Shown here: in pieces, positions 28,935-41,214 of the stretch | Numbering within the stretch: the stretch's first letter is position 1 | Layout: each line of letters opens with the position of its first letter | NCBI RefSeq assembly: GCF_006345805.1 | Contig: NC_043005.1 | Span: 96,038,001-96,102,000, forward strand | Reading direction: 5' to 3' | Source: Octopus sinensis | Taxonomy: Eukaryota | Length of the DNA stretch: 64,000 nt | Notes under the pieces: model-generated | What the model saw: only the letters and a program-made list of their open reading frames with translations | What the model was told of the DNA's origin: nothing | Database searches by the model: none | Program-made: the position numbers and the translations under genes

Positions 28935-29085
28935 GAATTATTTACATTATTTAGAGTTGACGGATATTTGTCCTCATCTTGTTTGTTGTTAACACAATGT
29001 TTCAGCTGATATACCCTCCAGCCTTCATCAGGTGTCTTGGGGAAATTTCGAACCTGGGTTCTCATTCCTAGGGTATTTTTCAATG
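28935..29085 (-). mobile_element. Penelope-like pLTR remnant with degenerate hammerhead (28991-29036) in ASB intron 2
   Basis: Minus strand reads GACAC-CTGATGA-A-GGCTG-GAGGGTATAT-CAGCT-GAAAC-ATT-GTGTT. Confidence 0.55.
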
Positions 29086-29092
29086 TTATTGC

Positions 29093-29136
<44 letters not shown>

Positions 29137-29469
29137 TCACTGCCTGGAATTGAACTTGGAATCTTGGGGTTAATAGCCCTGGCATATGGCATAGTGGTTA
29201 AGAGTGCAGACTACTAACTCTAAGATTCTGAGTTCGATTCCAAACAAGATCGTTCATTTCTTATCTTCTGTGTCTAGCCATGGGGAAATATTACCTCGCT
29301 TGGAAACTAGTGAGGGATAGCGACAGGAAGGGCATCTGCCTGGAGAAAATCTGCCTCAACAAATTTTGTCTGACCCATGTAAACATGGAAGTGTGGACAT
29401 TAAATGATGATGTTGATGATGATGATAACACACACACACACACATGTATATATAAAATTTATCACAAAC

Positions 29470-29690
29470 CTTTATTGCTTCTAGGTCACCATGCCAAGCT
29501 GCATGACAGAGTGGGGTTGCAGCATTAGCCAAATCTCCATCTGGGTTTGCACCATGGATGAGAAGAAATCTTGCAACATCAAAGTGTTGATTTCGAAGTG
29601 CTAGGAAGAGAGGCGTTTGAGCTTTGATGTCTGAGGTAGATGTAATACAGTTATGCTCCAGAAGTAACTTTACACATTCTAGATTACCTC
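29470..29690 (-). CDS. ASB-family gene coding exon 2 (ankyrin repeats)
   Basis: Acceptor TTTCTTAG|GA, donor AAG|GTTTG, 221 nt, phase 1/0. Encodes GNLECVKLLLEH, DIKAQTPLFLAL, ATPLCHAAWHGD. Confidence 0.92.
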
Positions 29691-30339
29691 CTAAGAAAGA
29701 AAGAAACATAACAATGGAATATCTTTAACAATAATTCATTAGCAGTATTAATTAAAATGATTTTGAATATTGGCAATGAAAAATAGAAAAGTCAAAAATT
29801 TATTAAGGGTAGGATGTGGTGCATTGTGAGTACAGTGGAGTGGAGTTAATTGAATCAGTCTTTGTAAGTGATTGGTACCTATCATACCCAGGGGAAAATA
29901 AAATTAGAATAAAAAGGAACATAATCATGTCCTGCAGTTTGGGGTCAGTTAATCAAAAACAGCTGATTGAAATACAATTCTTTTATCTTTTATTTGTTTC
30001 ACTCATTGGGCTGTAGCCATGCTGGGCATCACCTTGGTGTTTCTAGTCAAATAAATCTACCCCAATAAAATAAGTACCAATCATTAACTGGGGTCAATGT
30101 AATTGACTACCCTCTCCCACCAAATTTCAGGCTTTGTGCTTATATTAGAAAAGATTATTATCATCATCATCATCATCATTATTATTATTATGATTATTAT
30201 TATTATACCAGTGGCAAAGGTTGATAAATTAAGTACCAGTAAAACATTGGGGTCGATGTACTCAATTGGTCCCCTTGCCCTAAATTTCAGGCCATGAGCC
30301 TATAGCAAAAAGAATTAGTATGTGTTAAGTGTCTATAAC

Positions 30340-30850
30340 AAAAATTTAGAAAATGTTGTAGCTATATCGGGAGATAATACTGCAGTGAACAAATCTATAG
30401 CCATTGATTGGATGTGCCTCTCATAAATTCAATCTAGCTGTTTCTGCTTATCTTGACAAGCAGGAAGTTCTGCTTGATAAAATTAATATGTTGATGGGCA
30501 AGGTAAAGTCATTAAAACTTGCAGGTAAACTGTGGGAAAAAAAGCCTTTGCAACCTATACAAAGAAATAAAACCTGTTGGTCCAGTACTTATAACATGAT
30601 TGAGAAGTACATCCAACTCAAGCCATTTTTAGACTCGTTTCAAGGTGATCCAAAGCTGGTTGATGATCTGTTGACTCCACATGATCATAATGATCTGCAG
30701 ACTCTAAAATATAATTTAGGAAAGTTAAGCTCAGTAACAGTCACTTTGCAAAGAACAGAAATAGATTTGGGAGATGCTCAAATTCTTTTTGACAAAATTC
30801 TAGCATTATATCCTTATGAGGAGTTTTAAAAATATTTGCTTCCATTAGCA
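30340..30850 (+). mobile_element. hAT-like transposase fragment in ASB intron 1
   Basis: ORF 30404-30829: IGCASHKFNLAV (CxxH) and RNKTCWSSTYNMIE (R.WxS..M) motifs. Confidence 0.7.
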
Positions 30851-31621
30851 CAGCCCAAATTTCTCATCCTTGTTTTTATGTCTTTTATTTTTACAGTGTA
30901 CATTTATTTACTTGGCCGAGTTGAATTCAATGAAATTTCTAAGCCTTTCATCATTTGTTTTCAATAGTGCAATTGATTTTGTATCTAGTTTGTGAGATTC
31001 TTTGTTAGTTAGTTGGGTATTTAACGAATCAACTAATAATAAAAGAGTTTGATTGACCCTTTTAAAGTCAGGTGTGGCTTATTGACACACAGCTAAATTG
31101 TGAAGAAGATAGTGTTCTTGGTGAAACATGGTTTTCACCATGTAAACAGAGAAGCATGGTGCATGTGTTTATTATATTTGGAGATGAGGAAAATATAAAG
31201 GTTGCACGGGAACCACTGATCTAGTGATTAATTGAATATAATGCCACATTTGCATCATAAGCTGTTTGATTGATTATCATATTTTTTCCTTTTTTATTTT
31301 GCATCTCACATGAAAAGATTTATTTACACCTGGCCTTAGAGGATTAATAATATTAGCATAATGATACTCCCTAGACACAACAAAAAAGTGTAACTGATCT
31401 TTCTCTTTTTTATAATTCATCCTTATCTATTTAAATTGTTACTTGTTTAATATTTTTCCATAGCTTTATAGCAGTGCCATTCTTATTTACATATTTGGAC
31501 ATTTATGTCACTGGTCACCAAAATGTGGGTCAAAATAAGATTTTGTGGTTAAAAATTTATGTGGAATAAATTGGTTTTATTTCTACAATACACAAAATAT
31601 TTTAACAACTTTTTATACAAT

Positions 31622-33000
31622 TCATCATCATCATCATTTAATGTCCGTTTTCCATGCTGGCATGGGTTGGACGGTTTGATTGAGGTCTGGGAAGCCAGGA
31701 GGCTGCACCAGATTCCAATCTGATCTGGCAATGTTTCTACAGCTGGGCAATGTTCCTAATACCAACAACTCTGAGTTTAGTGGGTGCTTTTCACATGCCA
31801 CTGGCACAGGAGCCAGTCAGGTGGGCCTGGCATCGATCACATTCAGATAGTGCTTTTTACGTGCCACTGGCACAGAGGCTAGTCAGGGGGTACTGGCATT
31901 GGCCACATTCGGTTGGTGCTTTTTATGTGCTACTGGAATGAGAGGCAGTCAGGGAGTACTGGCATCGGCCACATTCGGATAGTGCTTTTTACATGCCACC
32001 AACATGGGAGCCAGTCAGGTGGCCCTGGCATTGGCCACATTCGAATGGTGCTTTTTACATGCCTCCAGCATGGGATCAAACAGGGGACAATGGCCACAGC
32101 TACAATATTGGTTTTACTTGACTCAACAGGTCTTCTCAAGCATATCACATCGTAAGACACATCAGGGGGTACTCTTAACTGGACCGGACATGTGTGGCTG
32201 CAATCTCACTTTAGTTGCCAGGTCTTTTAAATCACAGCATATCTCCAAAGGTCTCGACCTCCTGTCATTGCTTCTGTAAGGCCCAATGTTCAAAGATCAT
32301 ATTTCACTACCTCACCTCATGTCTTCCAGGGTCTACCTCTCCCACAGGTTCTTTCCACAGTTAGGGAGTAGCACTTCCTCACGCAGCTGTCCTCATCCAT
32401 ACATAACACATGACCACACGAGTGCAGTTGTCTCTCTTGCACACCACATCTGATGCTTCTTGTGCCCAACTTTTCTCTCAGGGCACTTACACTCTGTCAT
32501 GTATGCGCATTGACATTATACATCCAGTGGATCATACTAGCTTCATTTCTTCCAAGCTTACACATGCCCTCAGCAGTCATGGCCCATGTTTCAGTGCTGT
32601 GTAGCATGGCAGTTCACACATATGCATCATACAGTCTACCTTTCATCTTGAACGAGAGGCCCTTGGTTGCCAGCAGAGGTAGGAGCTCCCTGAACTTTTC
32701 CTAGGCTATTCTTATTCTAGCTGCTACACTCTCAGAGCAACCACCCCCACTACAGACCTGGTCACCTAGGGAGCGGAAGCTATTAACTACTTCTAGTTTC
32801 TCCCACTGGCATGTAATGGAATCTGTTTTCTGAACATCTTCGGTGTTTACTGCCCCTGTGCATCTGCCACACACAAAAACAATTTTCCCAGTTAACCTTC
32901 CTTTGATATTGCTGCACCTTTTATGTGTCCATAGCTTACACTGGGTACATCATATGGAGTTGCTACCCAGCCTTTTCTACAGGTCGAGCAGAGCCATCTA
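31622..33000 (-). mobile_element. RTE-clade LINE 3' fragment with (CAT)n tail
   Basis: Minus-strand translation gives GRGRPWKTWGEVVKYDL...RDLWR and VYDACVRTAMLHSTETW. The same 3' end recurs at ~240-830, 7620-7720, 57590-57790, 58915-59140 and 59640-59830. Confidence 0.75.
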
Positions 33001-33619
33001 TTCCTAATAATATTTAATTATAAAAATATATTAGGGATTTTTAAACATCAAATGGCTATAAGGGTCTATCCAAGTAAAATAGGAATCAAAGGGTAAAAAT
33101 GGTTGACAATCAGCGTTAAACTGTTTTACCCTAGGTAAGAAGTTGGAGACTTATCTATTCCACACTTATAATAACATCTTTATATTCATTTTATATAGTG
33201 GACCAATAAGAAGATCACTAATAGGATTTCTGAAAGATTGTCAAGATGCTTACATGCTTATAAATGCATTTTCATATAATGCAGTAAGAATGAATTTGAG
33301 CAATCGCTAACCAAATTAATAACCATATTTATCTTATAGTATGGACTGTAATCTCCCCATTCTTATAAGCACAAAGCATTTATTTGATTCATTGTGTGAG
33401 CATATGTGCACCAAATCATGCGTATGTGTATGCTTATATCCTCGTGTAAGTTTGTACGAGTGAGTGTATGTGCACCATACAACCTAAGCAAGGGTGTTTA
33501 TACATCCATATCTGCTAACGGTTACATTTGGTACTTTTTCGATGTATTGTGTATTTGTTTCTTTTGCCATCTGATTTTTATTCATCTTCTATAATAATGA
33601 AGCTGTATCTCTTAATTTT

Positions 33620-34010
33620 AAACCCTTTAGCAAAGCAGTTAGGAAGTGAGGGTTACCATTGTACAGTGAAAACAGTTGAAGTTGGATGGCGAGGATTCAT
33701 GGCTGCATCAACATGTCGGCTACTCAGGCAGCTGGACATCAGAGGCTGCAGAAGAACTGCCACAATTAAACGCTTCTCTAATGTTGCTGAAAAGAGCTCA
33801 ATGTGGATATGGGCGAAAAGGAATGACCAATGGACCAAGTTATGGATTCCATTGGTTATTTACAGGAATAGAAGGAAGAAGAGAACTAACTTTACCATCG
33901 GTCAGAGTGGCCTGGTAGGCTGAAATAAAACACAGACCTGGGAACAAAAGAACAATCCAGGTTCAAATCCTGCTGGAGACAGGACTTTGGAAAGCAACAG
34001 GAGGACACCA
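33620..34010 (+). mobile_element. 3' end of an RLE-type non-LTR retrotransposon (HERO/NeSL-like)
   Basis: VEVGWRGFMAASTCRLLRQLDIRG...AEKSSMWIWAKR resembles the C-terminus of restriction-like-endonuclease LINEs. Confidence 0.6.
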
Positions 34011-34227
34011 AGGAGTCGTGACCTGGGTGGGCCTGGCTCCTGTAGAGTGTCAGGTATAACGGCCAAAACACTTGGATGAGATTTCTTCCTCTGAAGATCT
34101 CTCTCGTTGTGCAGTCACCTTGTGGTGAGTTTCTGTTATTTTTTCATAATTAATGTTTGCATAGTAAGGAGTATTGGAAGTAAGCTCCAGGCAAACAGAG
34201 CAGGCTTCAATAATACTACCTATTAGG

Positions 34228-34640
34228 TGGCGAGCTGGCAGAATCGTTAGCACGTCAGGCGAAATGCTTAGCGGTATTTCGTCTGCCGTTACGTTCTGAG
34301 TTCAAATTCCGCTGAGGTTGACTTTGCCTTTCATCCTTTCGGGGTCGATTAAATAAATACCAGTTACGCACTGGGGTCGATATAATCGACTTAATCCGTT
34401 TGTCTGTCCTTGTTTGTCCCCTCTGTGTTTAGCCCCTTGTGGGCAGTAAAGAAATAGGTATTTCATGTGCCGTTACGTTCTGAGTTCAAATTCCGCAGAG
34501 GTCAACTTTGCCTTTCGTCCTATCGGGGTCGATTAAATAAGTACCAGTTACGCACTGGGATCGATATAATCGACTTAATCCGTTTGTCTGTCCTTGTTTG
34601 TCCCCTCTGTGTATAGACCCTTGTGGGCAATAAAGAAATG
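34228..34640 (+). mobile_element. tRNA-derived SINE, family B, with tandem duplication of its 3' part
   Basis: GGCGAGCTGGCAGAA...GTTCTGAGTTCAAATTCC...GGGGTCGATTAAATAAGTACCAG. Other copies at ~22030-22245 (-), 22310-22542 (+), 42530-42755 (+), 62455-62592 (-), plus many decayed ones. Confidence 0.85.
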
Positions 34641-36424
34641 AATAATACTACCTTTTTATAAACAATAAAAACCTCATATTCCAATCAAGCTAATATTTAT
34701 TAAACCCACAGTAATTTAAATACTAAATAGTTATAAATATGACTACAGAGTCATACTTTTAACTATTAAGTATTAGAGTGAAATTAGGCCCAATGATGAT
34801 CTTTTCAATGGCCTAAGTGCAGAAGTGAACCGACCATTTTCGTTACCCTAACCCAGCTCCACGATGACTTTTTCAGCGGCTATCAAGGACGGAGATCGTG
34901 GTTATTTATTTTTTTTTCATTTGTTCAATACACATTTGAAATGAAAAAAATAGTCACAAAACTTACTAAATAAAGTAAGTTTTGTGACGAGAGAGAGAGA
35001 GTGTGTGTGTGTGTGTGTGTTTAAAAGTAAATATAGATTTCGCAAATTATACAATAAATATATATACATACATACATATATCGGGGATCGACTGGTCAAC
35101 CAGAGTCGTTCCTTTGAAGAATTTGGACAGCTTTAAAGAAGCAACTTTTTTTTTTTTTTTAAGAAATATTTTCTATCGTTATTTACAATGAGTCAATGAA
35201 AAGGAACGTAATTTAGAAAAGTAAATAGCAAGAAAATGGAGAAAAAAAAGAGGCAGGTCGGTAAATAAACACTTAAAATAGAAATATGCACATCCCCCAC
35301 CGATCATGCATCACGCAGGGGAAAAACGGAGGTTCCTTGCTAGAAAGTTTAGGGACACAACCAAAATGCCTGAAATAGGATTTTGAAAATTGAAATGTAA
35401 AGAGGGTTCCAACAAAATCTATCAATGTTTTGCTAAATTTGCAACACTTTTGAAATATTTTATAAAATAAAAAAAATTACACAGATATCGAAAGGCAATC
35501 TTTGGTTTTAATTATAAGCGCCGTAGTAGTGAAATTAATTATTAATATTTACCATTAACAGGCTTTTTTAAAATCATTTTCCGCGTGAATATTGGTCAGG
35601 AGAAATGGCAGCTAAAACGCCTGGCTTTATTTATTTACAACCCTTATCATTCCGAGCTCAAATCACGCTGAGGTTGACGTCACCCTTTATTTTTCCAGTT
35701 CCATGAAATAAGCACAAGTCGGACACTAGAATATCTATGATAGACCATACCATTTCACTAAAATGCTTAGTCTTGGACCAATGGTTAAAAATGATCGTTC
35801 TGGATCTTGCTATCTGTCCAAGGTCCGAATTATCTCTTGGGAATAAACTGACGATGACAAAGGTGCAGTAAAGTCTGCCTCTCTTCATATTATTCTGTAA
35901 GAATAACGATTCCTGCACCGTTTTGTTATTGTGATGAGTTAGATTTATTTCCTAAATACATCACTGAATGATGAAGAAGTTGAAATAAAAATTTTCAAAA
36001 ATAACGCATGTTTGGAATATGGTCGAAATACTTTAGGACAAATAATAACATCAACAGAGAACATCGGGACCAAATCTTATTTCCGTTTACCCTAAGAAAA
36101 AAAAAACGAAACCAATTATCAAACGAACAAATGTAAAGGAAAGAGAATTAAAGATAATGTTTTAGTCCAAATTATCGATTTTGTAACAACAATAACGTAT
36201 TCGATATTTTGATGATTTCATCTGTTGAGATTATTTCTCTTTAATTCTACCATTTCTCGGTGATGTGTCTGTGCGCGCCATCGACTTTGTGCTGTACAAG
36301 ATTTGTTTTTCTACACATCCACATCGCCGAATAATGAAGTAAACAGAAATAATTCATAGTGGAAAGATTATCAGAATACCATAGATACGTAAAGGAAATA
36401 AATAAATGCCAAAATGTTTGGTAC

Positions 36425-36620
36425 CAGCAGCTGCTTGTGCCAGGGGTGTTTGTCCCATGCAGTTCTTCAGGTTGATATCAAGCGGAGTACAGTGTGGAGC
36501 TAAGAGAAGGGATCGCATCTGATCCAAGTTACCATCTCGTGCTGCTTTATGTAAATCACTGTCTTCAACATCTCCAAGTTGGTCAAAGACCGGATGGAGT
36601 AAAACCTGCATGGGATTCAT
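36425..36620 (-). CDS. Ankyrin repeat and SOCS box protein (ASB1/ASB12-like), coding exon 1
   Basis: ATG at 36620 (alternative ATG at 36611). Ankyrin motifs DLHKAARDGN and GQTPLAQAAAG; donor G|GTACC, phase 1. Confidence 0.85.
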
Positions 36621-37479
36621 GCTTGGTTGAACTAACAAACCATTTTTGATTCATAGAAATTCTTCACTTGTTTGGCCGTTCTCGGAGAACAGTTTTACAA
36701 GGGACATCATTCACAATGCACTGACTGTCTTTGCTTTTTGCATGTCTGCTAGAGCGTCTCAACGAAATTTTCTTCCCTTGCTTGTTATCTGCTATTGATC
36801 AATTTGTGGTGGAAAAACAGCTCCTGTTTTCCAAATTTTATGAGAGAAAATATCAGAAATTAGTTTAGAGAATAAGAAGGAAAGACGATGAGAAGAAATG
36901 TGTTGATTGGCAACTCGTAAAAATATCGAAATGCATGATAGTACACATGTATCATATTAGAAACGATATTTTCTTACAAAATAAAAAAATAGTGAATTTA
37001 AAAAATAGCTAATCAAATGTTTCTAATATATTTTCACAAACAAAATTCATGGTAATTAGAAATAATAATTATCAGTAAATCAAATATATTTCAAGAATAA
37101 TCACAAATAATTTTAAAATATTTATTAAACTATCACATTTCACAGGGTAGAATAGAGATAATAGACTAAGATTACTTCAAAAAAAAATCATTGAAGTAAA
37201 TAATTAATAATAAAATGATCAATAGTAAGATTATTAGAATCTTTTCCGAAAAGATCTGATTATTTAATTAATAGATGGAAATTTAACTCTACTGAAATAT
37301 TTTAACACATGATCACAAATTAACTCTTATTCTCATACAAACATACAAAAAAATAAATACATATATTAATGTATGTTTAAATGTGATCATCTGTGAATGC
37401 TAATTCATAAAAGACTGTTTACAACTCTAACTTTGTAAAAAGTACTTAACCCTCTAGCTTTTTCACCCTTCTAAAGTAC

Positions 37480-39200
37480 TCCTTTTCAATTTTCGTTTTC
37501 ATTTCTATAGTTGGTACTCTGTCAGATGCTAATACTCTTAGATACTAATAACTCTCTTCTTCTTTCAATGATTTTAATGTCAGGCCATCTGGTAATTGGA
37601 TGCTTTCACTGTTCTATCTGTCCCCTTCTCATGACTAATATTCCACACTTATCTGTGCCAAATTCCATTCCTATATTACAGTCTGTATTAAGAAATCTAT
37701 CTCTTTTACATTCTTACTTAAAAGCTTCAGATCACCCATGTAGAGCAAATGGTTAATTTTTTCATTAATATTTCTGAACTGATATTCTGCCTTTGCCTTC
37801 CTAAATACTAAATTGAGGGGCACCAAATGTAAGACAAATATTAAAGGGGACAACAAGTCCCCCTGGAAAATTCCTCTTTTGATATTAACTTTCCCCAAGA
37901 CTATGTCACTTGACTAGAGTGGAGATCTACTTTCCATTTCTTCATGCTAAAGCTAATTAATTCTCTTATGCTGTCTGCTGTATTGAATATACTCAGACAT
38001 TCACTTGTCCAAGAGTGTTGGATCATGTCATACGATTTCCTATAATTTATCCATGCTATTGTTAGATTTCTAGCCTTTACTTCATTTAGAACAGAATCTA
38101 TTCTGCTGATACTGATCTTATCTTTTTCTGATATCTGGAGAGCTTGCCTGCAACTGCTATAATACACTGTTTCAACTCTTCTATTACTGTCTCAAATCCT
38201 TTCTCTTTGACTAAGTATCTTTTCTCGAAGGAAGATTTGCATCTTGTGTTTCCTACCTTGTTCAATTTCCAGGCGTCTATTCTACTCATATCTTGTCTTA
38301 AAGTCTTCACTTTATTTTGTAGTCTCCTTTTCCACATTTGCTCTTTTTCAATCTTTTCCTGTGAGATATATAATCTTCAGGTGACTACCACCCCTCCTGC
38401 ATAGATCAGTAAGTTAGTGTCCCCTATATTTTTAGTATCTATCCTACTGAAAACAGAATTTACTTTCCTAGTCCTTTCTTGCAGCTTCCTTCTGTTGGTG
38501 CCTTTTAATTATGGCAATCTTTTTCTTACTTCTTTACTCATTATTCCTTGCAACTCATCTAAAATCTTCTGCTCTTCTTCAGTTAAATCACTAACGGCAC
38601 TGGTACCAGTTGTCCTTTCTTTATTGGTAACACTATTATTATTTTTTCCTTTGTTTTCTTCTGTGGCATGAGCTGTGTCTCTTATGTTGTTGTTTGTCTT
38701 TCCCACTGCCTAGTCTTTCTTTTCCAGTTCTCTTGTGATCTCTTCTACCTCTAATTCTGTCAACCACTTTCTTCTAATAGCATTAGCTCAATCTACTAAT
38801 CTCTGCTCAGACACTTTAAACATACCCTTCTCTACTTAAAGTGTTAACATCCGTTTTCTTTAGCCCCTTTTTTAGGTTCACTTTCTCAGTAGCACTGCAT
38901 CACTATTCTGTTTTCTTCGCTGGTCTACTTCCTCCCCTTTACTCTATTATCTGCTGATGCTGTATTAGGATAACAGCTGTGATCAGTCTGCATCTTTACT
39001 GAACCATTGCCAAGCAAGAGCCCTTCTCTTAAAGTTCCAGCTTCATTTTCGCTGTTACAACCAGAGTTTCTTCAGAAACTCCTGTCTCTCATAAACTGAG
39101 CTAAGGTGATGTTCGTCACCAACGTCATCACCACTATTATTTTACAACATCTGATAGTTTCAAACAACTTTCTATTGCATCATTTGTTGCACCTTTGTGC
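37480..39200 (-). mobile_element. Degenerate non-LTR retrotransposon (R4/Dong-like) RT fragment
   Basis: Frameshifted ORFs 37671-38706: KRGIFQGDLLSPLIF, INHLLYMGDLKL, WINYRKSYDMIQHSW. Confidence 0.75.
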
Positions 39201-40154
39201 TGGTGGGGTGGGGTCTGCTGCATTTTCTTGGTAGCAGGGGATATTGTATTGTATCAGTATGTTTTTTTATGGGGTTGGTTTGAGTCTTTTGCTATATTAG
39301 TTTTTTTGTATTGTGTGTTGTTTGTGTGGCACAGGTTGTGTTCTGTTGAATATCGGCCTTCTACGGCACATGTTATGGGCCTTGGTCATTTTGTTGGGTA
39401 TTTACAGTATGAGTTTATTCCTGTATGTTTTTGGAGGAGTGTTGCATAGTAGTGTGTGTTAATCATAAATCAACTATGTCATCTCTCCACTGTTCTTTCT
39501 CTTTTGGTTGATTTTGTTATGGGCTCGTTTTAAGATCTGCTTTAGCAAGGTTTCTATGGTTAGAGATACTTTCTATTGTCAACCACTTTACTGGGTATTT
39601 TTTCATGCTACACTAATGAGGCCACCATGCAGTTTGCAACACTACAAGCCCTAAGTGGGTATCTTTATGCTCAGAGATTACTGGTAAAGGTATGAGGGAA
39701 AGAGCCAAAGCAGAATAGTTTTCCTGTTGTAGAGGAGCTACATGACTTCTCGTATTTTAGAAGAGAAGGTGGAAGTGTTTGAGAAGCTGGAAAGTGATAA
39801 AAAATAATGATGCTGAGGTGTCAAGTTTGAGTCAGGTGTTCTGGTAAATACAATAACATTTATCAGGAAGACTACAAAATTACTATTTGTTTTGATGGAA
39901 AAAGTTTCTGGGCTGCTAACTTATTTTTCTGTCTTTTAGTAAAATGTTTCAAACAAGTTTTGATAGCATTTATCATTAGCTACTGTATAAATGTACATGG
40001 GACTCAGATTGAACTAACAAACATTTATTGCAAACTTCCAATGCTTTTATGCATTGTACCATGGACAAACAGTTCAAAGATACATGTTCATTTAAGAGTT
40101 GCAGATAATTGTTGAAAGAAAGATTGTAAATATTCTTCCAATTGTCTGTTTCAG

Positions 40155-40736
40155 CATGGTTTCTTGAGCTGGATGCCCTTCCTAACACCAATCCAGCATT
40201 CTAAAAGGCTGTTAAACACAGACTTGATCATCTCATTTCAGGACTGTGTATCAGGTTAAGAACTCTAGACTTAACAACCATGCCATTGATTTAACAACCT
40301 ACTGTAGGGTTAACAATCTTGCTATAGGGTTAACTACTCCACTGCACAAAAAATATTTCGTGTTAAGAGAATAATGAAAGAAATCAAAACAGGTTCCATC
40401 TATCTTGATTCATTTTACTCCAGGGACAAGGAATGTTCTCTAGTCATGGTTTCTTGAGCTGGATGCCCTTCCTAACACCAATCCAGCATTCTAAAAGGCT
40501 GTTAAACACAGACTTGATCATCTCATTTCAGGACTGTGTATCAGGTTAAGAACTCTAGACTTAACAACCATGCCATTGATTTAACAACCTACTGTAGGGT
40601 TAACAATCTTGCTATAGGGTTAACTACTCCACTGCACAAAAAATATTTCGTGTTAAGAGAATAATGAAAGAAATCAAAACAGGTTCCATCTATCTTGATT
40701 CATTTTACTCCAGGGACAAGGAATGTTCTCTAGTCA
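40155..40736. repeat. Perfect 290-bp tandem duplication
   Basis: CATGGTTTCTTGAGCTGG starts at 40155 and 40445; the copies appear identical by eye. Confidence 0.9.
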
Positions 40737-41214
40737 AAGATCTTTTAGAGAGGTTGACGCATTCTCTGACTTCAAAATATACTGTTTAATGATACACAGA
40801 GGGGACCCAAATCTCTTGGAAACCAGCAAGACCAAGAATCGTTTTAGCAATTTGCAAGACAAACAAGAAGGAAACAACTGGAAGTTATTAGAAAGGTTTG
40901 TACAAGGTAGGATGGACTTAATCTGTATAGGATAATGACAAATAGTGAGAGGAGGAGGGAAGTGAGGCAGAGGAGTAGAATATTACACAAATAGAGTATT
41001 GTGCAATATCTTTTATGTTAGCTGATAAATACTGGGTCAGCTGTGAACCAAGCAAGGGAAATTGGATTGACAGAAACTGAGCCAAAAGCTAGTTTGCCAG
41101 TAATTTTGAAGGTCAACCTTCTCAAACCATGTCTCACACACACACACATACTGTCTTTTTCTCTCTTTCTCTCTCTCACAAACATACACACATGCATACA
41201 CATATAATCATCAT

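Noticed and set aside
35658-35918. Minus-strand ORF with acceptor- and donor-like sites in ASB intron 1
   Set aside because: Its phase is incompatible with ASB exon 2 and there is no recognisable domain.
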